Shown here: positions 63,192 through 64,000 of the stretch, piece after piece
Layout: every line of letters begins with the position of its first letter
How positions within the stretch are numbered: position 1 is the stretch's first letter
Source of the DNA: Auanema rhodensis
Lineage: Eukaryota > Animalia > Nematoda
DNA length: 64,000 bases
Direction: 5' to 3'
NCBI GenBank assembly: GCA_964057225.1
Contig: OZ059898.1
Span: 1,922,001-1,986,000, forward strand
Program-made: the position numbers and the translations under genes
Notes under the pieces: model-generated
Told to the model about the DNA's origin: nothing
The model's input: the letters and a program-made list of their open reading frames with translations, nothing else
Database searches by the model: none

Positions 63192-63535
63192 ATGCGGATT
63201 TTTAAGCTGCGTCGATCTGTGTTATCAGATTTGCGCTAGCTTAAAAATGCACCGAGATATTAACAGTTCACACTTATATCCTCGATTTTCACCCTGAAGA
63301 ATTAATTTTTTCGTTGAATAACATTGTCCATCGTTTTTGCCTTGAAAAAAGGAATCTAAAAACATCTACTTTTTGCTAAATTATTTTGAAATTTTTCGAA
63401 AAAATTTTTGTCAAAATGTTTTTGGAAGCAATGTTGAGTGTACATGGAAACTCAACATACACTAATGCATCATTTTTCAAACGATCATAACTAATTTTTG
63501 TATCAAGCATTTCTCAATGTAGTATAGTGCATTCG
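63192..63535 (+). repeat. 344-bp monomer with a 7-bp deletion (TGATATA) at 63264/63265
   Basis: The sequence reads GATATTAAC|AGTTCAC where the consensus has GATATTAAC-TGATATA-AGTTCAC. Confidence 0.92.
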
Positions 63536-64000
63536 ATGCGGATTTTTAAGCTGCGTCGATCTGTGTTATCAGATTTGCGCTAGCTTAAAAATGCACCGAG
63601 ATATCAACTGATATAAGTTCACACTTATATCCTCGATTTTCACCCTGAAGAATTAATTTTTTCGTTGAATAACATTGTCCATCGTCTTTGCCTTGAAAAA
63701 AGGAATCTAAAAACATCTACTTTTTGCTAAATTATTTCGAAATTTTTCGAAAAAATTTTTGTCAAAATGTTTTTGGAAGCAATGTTGAGTGTACATGGAA
63801 ACTCAACATACACTAATGCATCATTTTTCAAACGATCATAACTAATTTTTGTATTAAGCGTTTCTCAATGTAGTATAGTGCATTCGATGCGGATTTTTAA
63901 GCTGCGTCGATCTGTGTTATCAGATTTGCGCTAGCTTAAAAATGCACCGAGATATTAACTGGTATAAGTTCACACTTATATCCTCGATTTTCACCCTGAA

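Larger units (their letters stand above)
1..64000. repeat. Tandem satellite DNA array, 351-bp monomer, 182 complete copies plus one partial copy, running off both window ends
   Basis: ATGCGGATTTTTA recurs at 1, 352, 703, 1054 ... 31251 ... 63887. ORF-track coordinates fall on a 351-bp lattice with a cumulative offset of +1 to +11. No non-repeat sequence or orientation switch was seen. Confidence 0.99.

Noticed and set aside
1-64000. CRISPR array or repeat-spacer system
   Set aside because: There are no unique spacers, the entire 351 bp is repeated, and no cas genes are present.

Overview
The whole 64-kb window is one uninterrupted head-to-tail tandem satellite array. It holds 182 complete copies and one partial copy of a 351-bp AT-rich monomer (110/351 = about 31% GC in monomer 1), all in the same orientation and typically differing from the consensus at only a few positions. 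I found no credible protein-coding gene, RNA gene, transposon insertion, inversion or CRISPR array. Every ORF in the track is the same piece of the monomer, opened by single stop-removing variants. The interest lies in the internal structure. (i) The monomer is largely a chain of inverted repeats (7-57, 75-96, about 171-242, 247-274) plus a roughly 10-bp-periodic T-tract/A-tract segment. (ii) The array is divided into variant domains with successive young higher-order repeats (HORs): a 7-mer x3, a 4/8-mer, a dimer tract, a 4-mer x5, other 4-mers and a 5-mer, plus two older multi-kb duplications. (iii) Length is almost fixed, with only eleven +1 A monomers (all before 26.9 kb) and one 7-bp deletion. 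(iv) Some clustered multi-base variants look templated from elsewhere in the monomer. The picture fits a eukaryotic centromeric or pericentromeric satellite, which is an inference. The species and satellite family cannot be assigned from the sequence alone, and all variant typing was done by eye.
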